Below are positions 14,366-23,248 of a stretch of 32,000 nucleotides of DNA, in pieces. A program made the position numbers and the translations under genes. Origin of the DNA: Candidatus Iainarchaeum sp. (GTDB lineage: Archaea > Iainarchaeota > Iainarchaeia > Iainarchaeales > JAZDEL01). Under the pieces are notes generated by a model. The model did not search any database. It was given only the letters and a program-made list of their open reading frames with translations, and was not told the DNA's origin. The DNA lies in assembly GCA_043808785.1 (NCBI GenBank), contig JAZDEL010000009.1, forward strand, positions 90,001 to 122,000, in the 5' to 3' direction. The stretch's first letter is position 1, and every line of letters begins with the position of its first letter.

Positions 14366-15628
14366 ATGGCATCGGGCATAGAACTGAACCTCCTGGTACT
14401 CGCGGCTCTGCTGCTGCTGTCCGCTTTCTTCTCGTCGGTTGAGACTGCCTTTGTCTCGCTGAACAGGCTTAGCGTGCGCAGGATGGTGCGCAGCAAGGCG
14501 AGGTTCGCGGAGCTAATAGAAAGGCTGAAATCGCAGCCCCACAGGCTGCTTATAACCGTACTTATCGGGAACAATCTCGTGAACGTTGCCGCTGCCGCGG
14601 TTGCGACAAGCCTCGCGCTGCAAATTATGGGGAACGAGGCGCACGCAATCGCGCTGGCAACAGGAGTCATGACCTTTCTCCTGCTGGTGTTCGGGGAGAT
14701 AACCCCTAAGGGGATAGCAATAAGGCATTCGGAGCTTATATGCCAGATTGCCGCAAAGCCCCTGCACTGGCTTTCGGTGATTTTATCCCCCCTTGTGTGG
14801 GTGCTGGAGAGGATTACGGGCGCCATAATCTCCCTCACGGGGGAGAGGCACGGGCAGGAAACCGTCACGGAGGAGGAAGTTAGGGCGATGGTTGCCGTGG
14901 GCGAGGAGGAGGGGCAGATAAGGAAGAGCGAGAGGCAGATGATACAGCGCATTTTCAGGTTCAACGACATTCCCGTCGAGGACGTGATGACCCCGCGCAC
15001 CGAAGTCGTGGCTGTGGAGGCAGGCACGAAGCTCAAGGACCTGCCCAAGGCGCTGAGGGGCACGGCGTTCTCCCGCGTGCCCGTGTATAAGGGGGATATG
15101 GACAGGATTGTGGGCGTACTCTACGTGAAGGACGTAAACGACGCGCTCCTTGCCGGCAGGAAGGCCACGGCCGTAAGCAGGATAATGCGCCCCGCGTTTT
15201 TCGTGCCTCCCACAAAGATGATTGACAAGCTGCTTCAGGAATTCCAGAACAGGCGCGTGCATATGGCGATTGTAATAGACGAGTACGGCGGCGTTCTGGG
15301 CGTTGTGACAATAGAGGACCTGCTCGAGGAGCTTGTGGGGGAGATTGTGGACGAAAACGAGGACGTGCCGGTAATAAGCCAGACAGACAGCCGCACATAT
15401 GTTGTCGACGGCGACGTGGAATTGGAGCGCCTGGGGAGGGAGCTGCAGCTTAACCTCGAGAGCAAGGAGTTCGACACGATAGGGGGATACATCCTCAACA
15501 AGCTTGACCGCGTGCCCAAGCGCGGGGAAAAGATAACCATGGACGGCGCCACGCTGACGGTTTCCGCCATGGACGGGCAGCGCATAGCGAAGGTAACAAT
15601 AGAGAAGGCGCCCAGGCTCGGGGGCTAG
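14366..15628 (+). CDS. CNNM/CorC-HlyC family transporter-associated protein (DUF21 TM domain, CBS pair, CorC_HlyC domain)
   Basis: N-terminal TM helices (LLLLSAFFSSVETAF), a CBS-pair region (DVMTPRTEVVAV, IVGVLYVKDV), and a C-terminal TIGGYILNKLDRVPKRGEKI. ATG 14366 is preferred. Confidence 0.93.
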   Translation: MASGIELNLLVLAALLLLSAFFSSVETAFVSLNRLSVRRMVRSKARFAELIERLKSQPHRLLITVLIGNNLVNVAAAAVATSLALQIMGNEAHAIALATGVMTFLLLVFGEITPKGIAIRHSELICQIAAKPLHWLSVILSPLVWVLERITGAIISLTGERHGQETVTEEEVRAMVAVGEEEGQIRKSERQMIQRIFRFNDIPVEDVMTPRTEVVAVEAGTKLKDLPKALRGTAFSRVPVYKGDMDRIVGVLYVKDVNDALLAGRKATAVSRIMRPAFFVPPTKMIDKLLQEFQNRRVHMAIVIDEYGGVLGVVTIEDLLEELVGEIVDENEDVPVISQTDSRTYVVDGDVELERLGRELQLNLESKEFDTIGGYILNKLDRVPKRGEKITMDGATLTVSAMDGQRIAKVTIEKAPRLGG

Positions 15629-15629
15629 T

Positions 15630-16538
15630 TCAGGCGCGGATTTTGAGCATGCAGTCCATTGCGCGCCTTGCCCCTTCCGCTTCGGGGCTCCGGAGCATGA
15701 TTTCCTCCGCGCCGGTCTGCAGTGCCGCAAGCAGGTTACGCAGCGTAATCTCCTTCTGCTGCATGCAAACCGCCTCTTCGCACGCGGGATAAAACTTCTT
15801 TTGCGGGTTTTCCTTCTGCAGCCTATGGAGCATGCCTATCTCAGTTGCAATTATGAACTCCTGCGCAGGGCTTTCCTTTGCGTGTTTCATCATTCCGCTC
15901 GTGCTCAGCACGGCATCCGCGGCTTCCTGCACCTCGGGATTGCATTCCGGGTGCGCCAGAAGTTCGGCGTGCGGGTGCAACTTTTGCGCCCGCGAAATTC
16001 CGCGCATATTGAACTTGACATGCGTATAACAAAAACCATTCGCGGGAACGGGGATTATTTTTTTGTTTGTTTGCTTTTGCACATAGTGCGCAAGGTTCCT
16101 GTCCGGCCCAAAAATAATTTCGCGCGACGGCATTGCCTCCACAACCTTCGCGGCGTTCGCGCTCGTGCAGCAGCAGTCCGCAAGCGCCTTTGCGGAAGCG
16201 CTTGAATTGACGTAAAGGACAACCTTCGCTTCGGGATGCTTCTTCTTCGCCGCGAGAATTTCTTTTGTGCCCAGCTGCGCAGCCATTGGGCATTTCGCGC
16301 TTTTTGCGGGAATAAGGACACGCTTTTCAGGGTTCAACAGCTTCACCATTTCAGCCATGAAATCGACGCCACACATCACGACAAGGTTCTGTTTCACCGT
16401 GGTTGCGCGCTTCGCAAGCTCCAGGCTGTCCCCCACAAAATCAGCAACATCCTGCACTTCCCCAAGCTGGTAATTGTGCGCGAGTATAAGCGCATTCTTC
16501 TCCTTTTTCAGGCGAAGGATTTCTTTTGAGTAGTCCAT
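15630..16538 (-). CDS. nadA: Quinolinate synthase
   Basis: NALILAHNYQLGEVQDVADFVGDS is a typical NadA N-terminus, and the length fits. ATG 16538 (MDYSKEIL...). Confidence 0.95.
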   Translation of the reverse strand: MDYSKEILRLKKEKNALILAHNYQLGEVQDVADFVGDSLELAKRATTVKQNLVVMCGVDFMAEMVKLLNPEKRVLIPAKSAKCPMAAQLGTKEILAAKKKHPEAKVVLYVNSSASAKALADCCCTSANAAKVVEAMPSREIIFGPDRNLAHYVQKQTNKKIIPVPANGFCYTHVKFNMRGISRAQKLHPHAELLAHPECNPEVQEAADAVLSTSGMMKHAKESPAQEFIIATEIGMLHRLQKENPQKKFYPACEEAVCMQQKEITLRNLLAALQTGAEEIMLRSPEAEGARRAMDCMLKIRA

Positions 16539-16558
16539 AAACCAACATTCCCCTGAAA

Positions 16559-16570
16559 GGTTTATATTGG
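16559..16570 (-). promoter_or_regulatory. TATA-like box for nadA, overlapping the stop codon of the upstream Lrp gene
   Basis: The minus strand reads CCAATATAAACC, centred about 26 nt upstream of ATG 16538. Confidence 0.4.
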
Positions 16571-17548
16571 TTTTACCGCGGCCCTGCTGGGCCCCGCCCC
16601 TACAAAGGCGGGCGACCAATAGTCGGATTTAAGTATCACGGATTCCACGTTCCTTATTGCCTCGGCGAATTCCGACTTTATCCTGCCTATTATCTCGTTG
16701 TATTCCTTATGGCTGCCGGCGACAAGTTCCACCTCTATCTGTGTCAGGTCCCTTATGAAATACTGCGTGTTCGGGATTCCGCTTACGAACGCCTCCAGCC
16801 TCTTTTCGTCCTTCTCCGAGTATTTCTGGAAATAGATTATCGCCTTGTAGAGCTGCAGCCCCAGCGTGCCGAGGTCTACGCTTATCCTGAACTGGCTTAT
16901 TGCCCCAACGCCCGAAAGTTTTTTTAGCCTGTGTGCGGCAATTGCCGGCGTTATTCCCGCGCCCCTGGCGAGCTCCGTAACATGCATCCTGGCGTCCTTT
17001 GCGAGCAGCGAAAGCACCCTGACATCGGTTTCATCCAGCCCCGCGTTGCTTATCTCAGCGCCGAACTGCACCGGCGTGCACAGCTCGTTCATGAAATACA
17101 TTTTCGGGTAAGAATGCACGTCGATTATGAGTTCCGTGTGCGAATTAAGGACAAGGTCGCCGAAATCCGAGAAGAAGCGGTTCCTGAAGGCGAAAAATTC
17201 GTAGTCGCTGGCGTAGCAGGCGCTGAATATCAGGTCCCAGCTGCCGTCGCACTCCCCGACCCAGTTAACGTTCCTGTTTTTCAGCAGGAAGTTCAGCATC
17301 CGCTTTTTTGCCGCTTGCTTGTTCTTCAGTTGGAGGTAAATCTTCCACACCCTCAGGCCGAGCCTGTGCGGGTTTATGTTCACGCCGAAGTGCGTTATAA
17401 CGCCTTCCCTGAGCAGGCGGTTCAGCCTGTATTCGGTTGCGGGCCTCGATTTCCTTATCCTTTTCGCAAGCACGGTCATCGGCAGCCTGCAGTCCCTGTC
17501 GAGCTCGAAAAGCAGCCTTCTGTCCGTTTTATCAATTTTAACTGCCAT
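16562..17548 (-). CDS. Tandem (duplicated) Lrp/AsnC-family transcriptional regulator
   Basis: Two HTH_AsnC-like modules: DKTDRRLLFELDRDCRLPMTVLAKRIRKSRPATEYRLNRLLREGVI and DETDVRVLSLLAKDARMHVTELARGAGITPAIAAHRLKKLSGVGAI. Each is followed by an effector-domain-sized segment. Confidence 0.9.
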   Translation of the reverse strand: MAVKIDKTDRRLLFELDRDCRLPMTVLAKRIRKSRPATEYRLNRLLREGVITHFGVNINPHRLGLRVWKIYLQLKNKQAAKKRMLNFLLKNRNVNWVGECDGSWDLIFSACYASDYEFFAFRNRFFSDFGDLVLNSHTELIIDVHSYPKMYFMNELCTPVQFGAEISNAGLDETDVRVLSLLAKDARMHVTELARGAGITPAIAAHRLKKLSGVGAISQFRISVDLGTLGLQLYKAIIYFQKYSEKDEKRLEAFVSGIPNTQYFIRDLTQIEVELVAGSHKEYNEIIGRIKSEFAEAIRNVESVILKSDYWSPAFVGAGPSRAAVKPI

Positions 17549-17567
17549 ATTAGTAATTATTCATAAG

Positions 17568-17583
17568 TATTATATAAATATTA
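17568..17583 (-). promoter_or_regulatory. TATA-like box for the tandem-Lrp gene
   Basis: An A/T-only block (TATTATATAAATATTA) centred about 27 nt upstream of ATG 17548. Confidence 0.45.
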
Positions 17584-17611
17584 TGTTTTTCGCTCAAAAT
17601 AAGGCAGAATC

Positions 17612-17621
17612 TTTAATATAT
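17612..17621 (+). promoter_or_regulatory. TATA-like box for the radical SAM gene
   Basis: TTTAATATAT is centred about 26 nt before ATG 17643. Confidence 0.45.
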
Positions 17622-17642
17622 TTCCTCAGGGGCAGGTTATCT

Positions 17643-18821
17643 ATGGTGAGCAATGATTACCTTGCGGAACTCGTTCTGCGCTATGGCCCGGGGGAGGAGC
17701 CTGTTGCAAAGCGCTTCCGCGGGGAATACGTCAACGGCATACAGGGCTGGCAGTTTTCGGAAGCCGAAGTAAAGGAAGCCAACCGTGCGGGAAGGCTGCT
17801 TACAATGGACCTTGATTTTCCGGGCACGAGGTGCGCGCTTAACTGCACCTACTGCTTCGCAAAGGCCGGGGAAATGACGGGCACATATTACCGGCCCGAT
17901 GCCGGGGACAGGCCGCTGTCTCTCGCGGAAGTGAAAAGGGCGGTAAGGGGCGCCAGGGAGCTCGGCCTTAAAAGCATGAAAATAATAGGTTACAGAGAGC
18001 CTTTCGACAACCCCGGATTTTACGATTTCATAGATTTCGCTGACAAATTGGGCATACACCTCGTAATTTTTACCTCGGGATATACGCTTGGCGAGGAAAA
18101 TTTCGGCGGCAACCTCGGCAAGGCCATAGATTTCCTCGCGCAGAGGAAGGTCTCGATCATGCTCAAGCACCACACCCTCGACAAGAAGGCGGAGGAAAAG
18201 ATTGTGAGGTACAAGAATTACTCGGATGTCAGGGACAAATACCTGCGTGCCCTGCTGCAGGGCGGCAAGTTTACGGATACGCCCATGACGAGGCTCGGCC
18301 TGGAAATGGTCATTTCAACGCGGGATGCGGACGAGCTCCTTGCGATGTACGAATACTTCAAGGTTTACAGGAACGTTTTCGTGGATTTGGACCCGCCTAT
18401 TCCCGTGGGCAGGACAGGCACGCTCGAGGAGGCTGAAAAGGCGGGGCTTATGCCGCAGGAGGCGCTGAAAAAGCTCTGCACGGACACATACAGGCTGAAC
18501 GAAAAGCACTGCATAAAGTTCGAGGGCGTTTCCCCCTACTTCGGGGGCCCGCCCTGCAGCCAGCTAGGAAACAGTGTCTACATAACCCTTTCGGGAAAGG
18601 TCGTGGCCTGCTGCGGTTCCGATGAGGAAATAGGCGACCTGAGAAAGCAAACCCTCGGGGAAATTTCGGAAAAAAACCCCTACCGCGGAAAATTCAGGGC
18701 ATACCATGCCTGCCCCTACAGGCAGAAAAGGAGGATAATGACCGACGAGTTCATAGCCTGCGTAAATGACGCGCTCAGGCGCGCGCAAACTCCGCGCGTT
18801 TTCGCGGGAAGTCTTCCCTGA
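17643..18821 (+). CDS. Radical SAM protein with twitch-type (half-SPASM) C-terminal Cys motif; substrate unknown
   Basis: CALNCTYC (CX3CX2C) about 55 residues from the N-terminus. The C-terminal CSQLGNSVYITLSGKVVAC fits CX12GX4C. ATG 17643 (MVSNDY...) is preferred; the upstream part of the ORF overlaps the Lrp gene. Confidence 0.9.
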   Translation: MVSNDYLAELVLRYGPGEEPVAKRFRGEYVNGIQGWQFSEAEVKEANRAGRLLTMDLDFPGTRCALNCTYCFAKAGEMTGTYYRPDAGDRPLSLAEVKRAVRGARELGLKSMKIIGYREPFDNPGFYDFIDFADKLGIHLVIFTSGYTLGEENFGGNLGKAIDFLAQRKVSIMLKHHTLDKKAEEKIVRYKNYSDVRDKYLRALLQGGKFTDTPMTRLGLEMVISTRDADELLAMYEYFKVYRNVFVDLDPPIPVGRTGTLEEAEKAGLMPQEALKKLCTDTYRLNEKHCIKFEGVSPYFGGPPCSQLGNSVYITLSGKVVACCGSDEEIGDLRKQTLGEISEKNPYRGKFRAYHACPYRQKRRIMTDEFIACVNDALRRAQTPRVFAGSLP

Positions 18822-20238
18822 AATGCACGCCTCTGCTCTCCCTGCGGGAGAGGGCCGAGTTGAGTACAAGCAGCGCGATTTGCCTTTCGGCGCAATTTTC
18901 AAGTTTGCCGAGTTCCGCGATGCCTTTCTTCAGGCCCTGCGCGCTGCGCACAATTCCCGCGTGTTCCCAGAGGATTTTGCCTATTGCGCGCCTGCCTGCG
19001 GGCGATGCCGCGGAAACTGTGCGCTGTTTGGTGCCACCCTTGCCGGCATGCGCCTTTCCCTTATCCTTGACCGCATCCTCCCCCGCCCTCTGCCCGAACA
19101 CGAGCGCCTCGAGCAGGGAATTGCAGGCAAGCCTGTTCGCGCCGTGCACGCCCGTGCTTGCACATTCCCCCGCGGCATAAATGCCGCGCACGTTAGTGCG
19201 CCCTTCGGTGTCAGCGCGAATGCCGCCGATTGTGTAGTGCGCCGCGGGGCGAATGGGGAGCAAACCATCGCCCAGGCCGATTTTCTCTTTTTTCATTTTT
19301 TCATGCAGGCTCGGAAACCTTTCATGCATTCCTGCTTTTGCAAGCCCGCCTACATCCAGGAAAATTTTATGCCCTTTTTCAATTTCAGTGAAGATTGCGC
19401 GCGAAACAACATCGCGCGTGTCCAGTTCTCCCTTCGTGCTGTACTCAGGCATGAACTGCCTCCCCTCCTCGTCGACAAGCCTTGCCCCTTCTCCCCGCAC
19501 GGATTCGGTTATGAGATAATTTTCCCCGCGCCCTATAAGCACCGTGGGGTGGAACTGCACGAATTCCATATCCGCGGGCCCGGTGCCTGCGAGGTGCGCA
19601 GCATAAATGCACGCCCCCGCGGAACCCTGCGGGTTTGTTGAATTTGAGTAAAGGGGCGCGAACCCGCCCGCCGCGATAATGGCGGAGGATGACTGCAAAA
19701 TTGCGCCGTCGGAAAGCACGCATCCCGCATATTCAGCCCCTCCTGCAGAAATCGCGAACCCGCTTATTTCCCCGTCCAAAAGATGCACGTTTTGCTCAAG
19801 CGCGAGTTTTCGCATGAATTCCGACATTCCCTTCCCCGTTGCGTCGCCGTTTATATGCAGCACGCGCCTCGCGCTGTGGCCGCCCTCTATCCCCAAGTCC
19901 GGCTTCTCATTGCCGTCGTCGAAGGAAATGCCTAGTTCAATCAGTTCACGGATTCGCGGCACGCTCTCCTTCACCATCAGGTTCACGGCGCGCGCATTGC
20001 ATAAGCCATCCCCTGCCGTCAGCGTGTCGCGCACATGCAATTCCGCGCTGTCGCCCTTCCCCATGGCGCACGCGATGCCGCCCTGCGCCTTTGTGCTCGC
20101 GCTTTCCGAACCCTTGGGGCAGCAAACAAGTGCAATGGATTTGTTTTTGCCGCCTTTGCTTTTTGCAGCGGCATATGCCGCGCTCAGGCCGGCAAGCCCG
20201 GAACCGATAACAACAAGGCCGAACCTCTCGGGGGGCAT
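18775..20238 (-). CDS. nadB: L-aspartate oxidase
   Basis: VVIGSGLAGLSAA (FAD fold), MEFVQFHPTVL, RESRGVHFREDFP. ATG 20238 is preferred. Its 3' end overlaps the radical SAM 3' end by 47 nt (convergent). Confidence 0.95.
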   Translation of the reverse strand: MPPERFGLVVIGSGLAGLSAAYAAAKSKGGKNKSIALVCCPKGSESASTKAQGGIACAMGKGDSAELHVRDTLTAGDGLCNARAVNLMVKESVPRIRELIELGISFDDGNEKPDLGIEGGHSARRVLHINGDATGKGMSEFMRKLALEQNVHLLDGEISGFAISAGGAEYAGCVLSDGAILQSSSAIIAAGGFAPLYSNSTNPQGSAGACIYAAHLAGTGPADMEFVQFHPTVLIGRGENYLITESVRGEGARLVDEEGRQFMPEYSTKGELDTRDVVSRAIFTEIEKGHKIFLDVGGLAKAGMHERFPSLHEKMKKEKIGLGDGLLPIRPAAHYTIGGIRADTEGRTNVRGIYAAGECASTGVHGANRLACNSLLEALVFGQRAGEDAVKDKGKAHAGKGGTKQRTVSAASPAGRRAIGKILWEHAGIVRSAQGLKKGIAELGKLENCAERQIALLVLNSALSRRESRGVHFREDFPRKRAEFARA

Positions 20239-20249
20239 GCGAAACCGCC

Positions 20250-20777
20250 CTATTGCTTCCTCTCTTCCTCGAGGATTTTTTTCAGGCGCTCCGCGGCACC
20301 GATTTCCCGCAGGAACCCCCCGACAGCAGCAGGAACCATCTTTTCCCACGCCCCGCCGTTGAGCATGGCTTTCCTTACCTCCGCGCTTTCCGCCCTGCTG
20401 TTGTTCGAAACCATGGGCCTTACAGGCATGCCCTCCGCTTCGAAGAGTTCCTTGACAAGAGGGTTGTTTGTGTAAACAATGCCGAACTTCGGGACGTAAG
20501 AGCGCACCCTTCCTGTCCAGAGCGCGTATTCCTTTACATCGGGCACCGGCACTATTATGCATTTTTCGTAAATCCCGTCAGCCCTGAGCGCACGGGAAAT
20601 CATTTCCACCCTTTCCCCCGTGGTAAATGGGTCCTTCTCCTTATATGAGTCCTCCGTGGAGCCGATTGCGATTATCAGTTCGTCGACCTCGCGCAGGATG
20701 TTTTTCACCGCATGATGGTGCCCCAAATGGTAGGGCTGGAACCTGCCCACGATTAAGCCGCGCCTGATTTTTTTCAT
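20250..20777 (-). CDS. nadM: Nicotinamide/nicotinate-mononucleotide adenylyltransferase, archaeal type
   Basis: RGLIVGRFQPYHLGHHHAV (GRFQPxHxGH). The size (175 aa) is typical. Its start abuts the nadC stop (TAAATG). Confidence 0.93.
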   Translation of the reverse strand: MKKIRRGLIVGRFQPYHLGHHHAVKNILREVDELIIAIGSTEDSYKEKDPFTTGERVEMISRALRADGIYEKCIIVPVPDVKEYALWTGRVRSYVPKFGIVYTNNPLVKELFEAEGMPVRPMVSNNSRAESAEVRKAMLNGGAWEKMVPAAVGGFLREIGAAERLKKILEEERKQ

Positions 20778-21614
20778 TTATTTGGCCCCCTGCATGCTGA
20801 GCGAGAAATCCACGGAGTGCGCGCTTTTCGTCAGCGCGCCCATTGAGATAACGTCAGGTTTCAGCGCCGCGTAATCCGCGAGGTTTTTCATGTTTATTCC
20901 GCCGGAAAACTCGACAAGAACATGCGGGTTTATCCTTTTTATTTCCGAGATTGCGGCTTTCGCCTCCGCCAAGGGAAAGTTGTCGAGCATGATTATGTCC
21001 GGCTCCGCACGCGCTGCTTCGAGCGCTTCCGTGCGTGTCCGCACTTCGATTTCTATTTTCTTTGAGAATGAAGTTTTTTCCTTTGCCGCCTTAACCGCCT
21101 CCCCGACCGAACCGAAAAAAACGAGGTGGTTGCTTTTTATCAGAACCATGTCCGCAAGGTTAAAGCGGTGCGTGTCAGCGCCTCCAAGAAGCGCTGCCCT
21201 GCGCTCGAAGGCGTTCATGCCCGGCATTATCTTGCGCGTGAGCGCAACCCTGCAGGGCTTTGCAATCTTCACTGCCTGCGCGCACGCTGTTGCAACGCCG
21301 CTCATCCGGCCCAGAATGTTCAAAGCGGTGCGCTCGGTTTCGAGTATGCTGCGGTTCATGCCCGAAATTTCGAGGACAACCGTGCCGGCCTTTGCCTGCG
21401 TGCCATCCTTCGCGCCCGCGTGCACCTTAACCCCGCAGCCGCGGTTTTCAAGCAAAAAAGCCGCCTCCTCCAAACCCGCGAGAACCGCGTTTTCTTTGAG
21501 GGTTATTCTTGCGTTGCAGCGCCTCTCCGGAACCACGGAAGAGGTTATGTCGGAGACCGAAATGTCGTCCTCAAGGAATGAGAGCAGCCTGCGCTGCATG
21601 CCCGGGGGAAGCAT
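20778..21614 (-). CDS. nadC: Nicotinate-nucleotide pyrophosphorylase (quinolinate phosphoribosyltransferase)
   Basis: LTRKIMPGMNAFERRAALLGGADTHRFNLADMVLIKSNH is the characteristic QPRTase core. Confidence 0.95.
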   Translation of the reverse strand: MLPPGMQRRLLSFLEDDISVSDITSSVVPERRCNARITLKENAVLAGLEEAAFLLENRGCGVKVHAGAKDGTQAKAGTVVLEISGMNRSILETERTALNILGRMSGVATACAQAVKIAKPCRVALTRKIMPGMNAFERRAALLGGADTHRFNLADMVLIKSNHLVFFGSVGEAVKAAKEKTSFSKKIEIEVRTRTEALEAARAEPDIIMLDNFPLAEAKAAISEIKRINPHVLVEFSGGINMKNLADYAALKPDVISMGALTKSAHSVDFSLSMQGAK

Positions 21615-21635
21615 ACATAACTTGCGTGGGGAGGG

Positions 21636-21647
21636 TATTTAAAAATA
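21636..21647 (-). promoter_or_regulatory. TATA-like box for the nadC-nadM-nadB operon
   Basis: The minus strand reads TATTTTTAAATA, centred about 27 nt upstream of ATG 21614. Confidence 0.5.
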
Positions 21648-21722
21648 ACCGTGCGCGGGGTTCGGGGTTTGTACCAAAAGAAGCGCCGATAATGCCTGTT
21701 TGCCGCCGCCTCTGCGGAAGCC

Positions 21723-23198
21723 TCAGTACAGCCCCCTCGCAATCCTCTCTATCCTCACGCCCTTGACAGCAACCTCGGGCGTTATTACCACGGCATCCTC
21801 CGCCCATGCAAGCGTGGCATGCTGCTCCTTCCCTATGCCCTTTATGTTCATGAAAATGCGCTCCAAATTATCATTAATCCTGCACGTGTTGGGTATGAGG
21901 CCCGAGGTAATTTCCCCGTTCCTGATTATGTAAGAGTCGCCGCGTATTGTGGATGTGAAGTCAGCGCTTGCAAGGCCGTTAACGGGATAACTGTACCATA
22001 TACGCCCTATGTAAATGCCGTTTTTTACCTCGCGCACAAGGTCGGAATCCTTTTTGAAATCCCCCGCGCCTACAACAACATTCGTTGCGCTTATCCCGGG
22101 TTCCGAACTGTAATTCCTGCCCCCTCCGCCGAAGCGGAAGCCGTTCTGCATATTGTAGCGCGCATCATCCGAAAACTTGCGCGCGTAATAATTGTTCGAA
22201 AGGAAATTAACCAGCGTGCCGCCCTTTATTATCTCCGTGCGCCCTGTGGGCAGGCCCTCATCGGTAACCCTTTTTGTGCCTATCGCGCCCTTGTAGAGCC
22301 CGTCATCCGCAATGTTAAGCCCTTCCACAGCAACCTTCTTCCCAAGCTTGCCCACGAAAGGGGATGCCTTCATGTCTATCGAGTCAAGCCCCACGCTAAG
22401 CCTGCTGTAAAGCAAATCCGCCAACGCCTGCCTGCCGAGGACAACATCGTAATTTCCCGATTCGACCCTGCCCGCGCCCTTAACCGAAAGCACCTTCTGC
22501 GCGGAAGTTTTGCCCGCGTTCTTGGGCCTGAATGCGGAAAGGGAGGAAGCGGAATCGAACCACATTCCCGAGATATCGCTTTCAAGCTCGAGGATTGTAG
22601 TCAGGGTGCAGATTGCGATAGTGCTTTCGTCCGTTTCGTCGATGCCGCTGCTGCTCGCAATAGCCATTTTCTCGGTGAGGAAATTCAGTTCCCCGGTGAT
22701 GTTAAGGTTGGGCAGTTTCGCGCTTTTGCCGAGTTCGGAGAAAGCGCCGCCGAGCGCATCATAGGTGAGCGCCACGGCCTTTTCGTCGGAAATGCGCTCC
22801 ATCCTCACGTCGTGATATTTCCCTATCTTCGGCTTTCCGCGCGGCTGCGGCAGCCCGTGGTAATCCGGGTCGTGCACCTTTGAGAGCACGGCTTTTTTGT
22901 AAGCAAGTTCCGCTCCGGCGCGCGTGAGGTCGGCATCCGCCTTGCCGAATCCCGTTCCGCCATCCCTGAAAGTAACCCTGATTCCTATGCCGAAGCCTTC
23001 CTTGCTTTTCGCCTCCTCGAGGCCGTTGCTCGGCACGTTTGTGGCGTAGCATATGCGCATTGTGCGCAGCATGTTTGAGGAGGCGAACGCCTCTGCCTCT
23101 TTCACGTCGGGCTTTTTCGAGACTAACTTCACGCCGTCGCGCACGGCATCCCTGAGGTGCTTCACTTCAATGCCTTTTCCCGCAGCCATAACCATCAC
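21723..23198 (-). CDS. pmbA: PmbA/TldE-family protein (non-catalytic partner of TldD-type metalloprotease)
   Basis: TldD/PmbA-family C-terminal pattern (TSTIRGDSYIIRNGEI) with no HExxxH. Lies immediately downstream of tldD. Start is GTG 23198 or ATG 23195. Confidence 0.88.
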   Translation of the reverse strand: MMVMAAGKGIEVKHLRDAVRDGVKLVSKKPDVKEAEAFASSNMLRTMRICYATNVPSNGLEEAKSKEGFGIGIRVTFRDGGTGFGKADADLTRAGAELAYKKAVLSKVHDPDYHGLPQPRGKPKIGKYHDVRMERISDEKAVALTYDALGGAFSELGKSAKLPNLNITGELNFLTEKMAIASSSGIDETDESTIAICTLTTILELESDISGMWFDSASSLSAFRPKNAGKTSAQKVLSVKGAGRVESGNYDVVLGRQALADLLYSRLSVGLDSIDMKASPFVGKLGKKVAVEGLNIADDGLYKGAIGTKRVTDEGLPTGRTEIIKGGTLVNFLSNNYYARKFSDDARYNMQNGFRFGGGGRNYSSEPGISATNVVVGAGDFKKDSDLVREVKNGIYIGRIWYSYPVNGLASADFTSTIRGDSYIIRNGEITSGLIPNTCRINDNLERIFMNIKGIGKEQHATLAWAEDAVVITPEVAVKGVRIERIARGLY

Positions 23199-23248
23199 TC
23201 AGCCCTCTTCTCCCGCACCCTTATGCCCGCAGCCATATCATCCGCCCC

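Noticed and set aside
17549-18821. The radical SAM gene as a RiPP maturase with a nearby precursor peptide.
   Set aside because: There is no short ORF in the 94-bp upstream spacer, and the 3' end overlaps nadB. The full SPASM Cys block is also absent.
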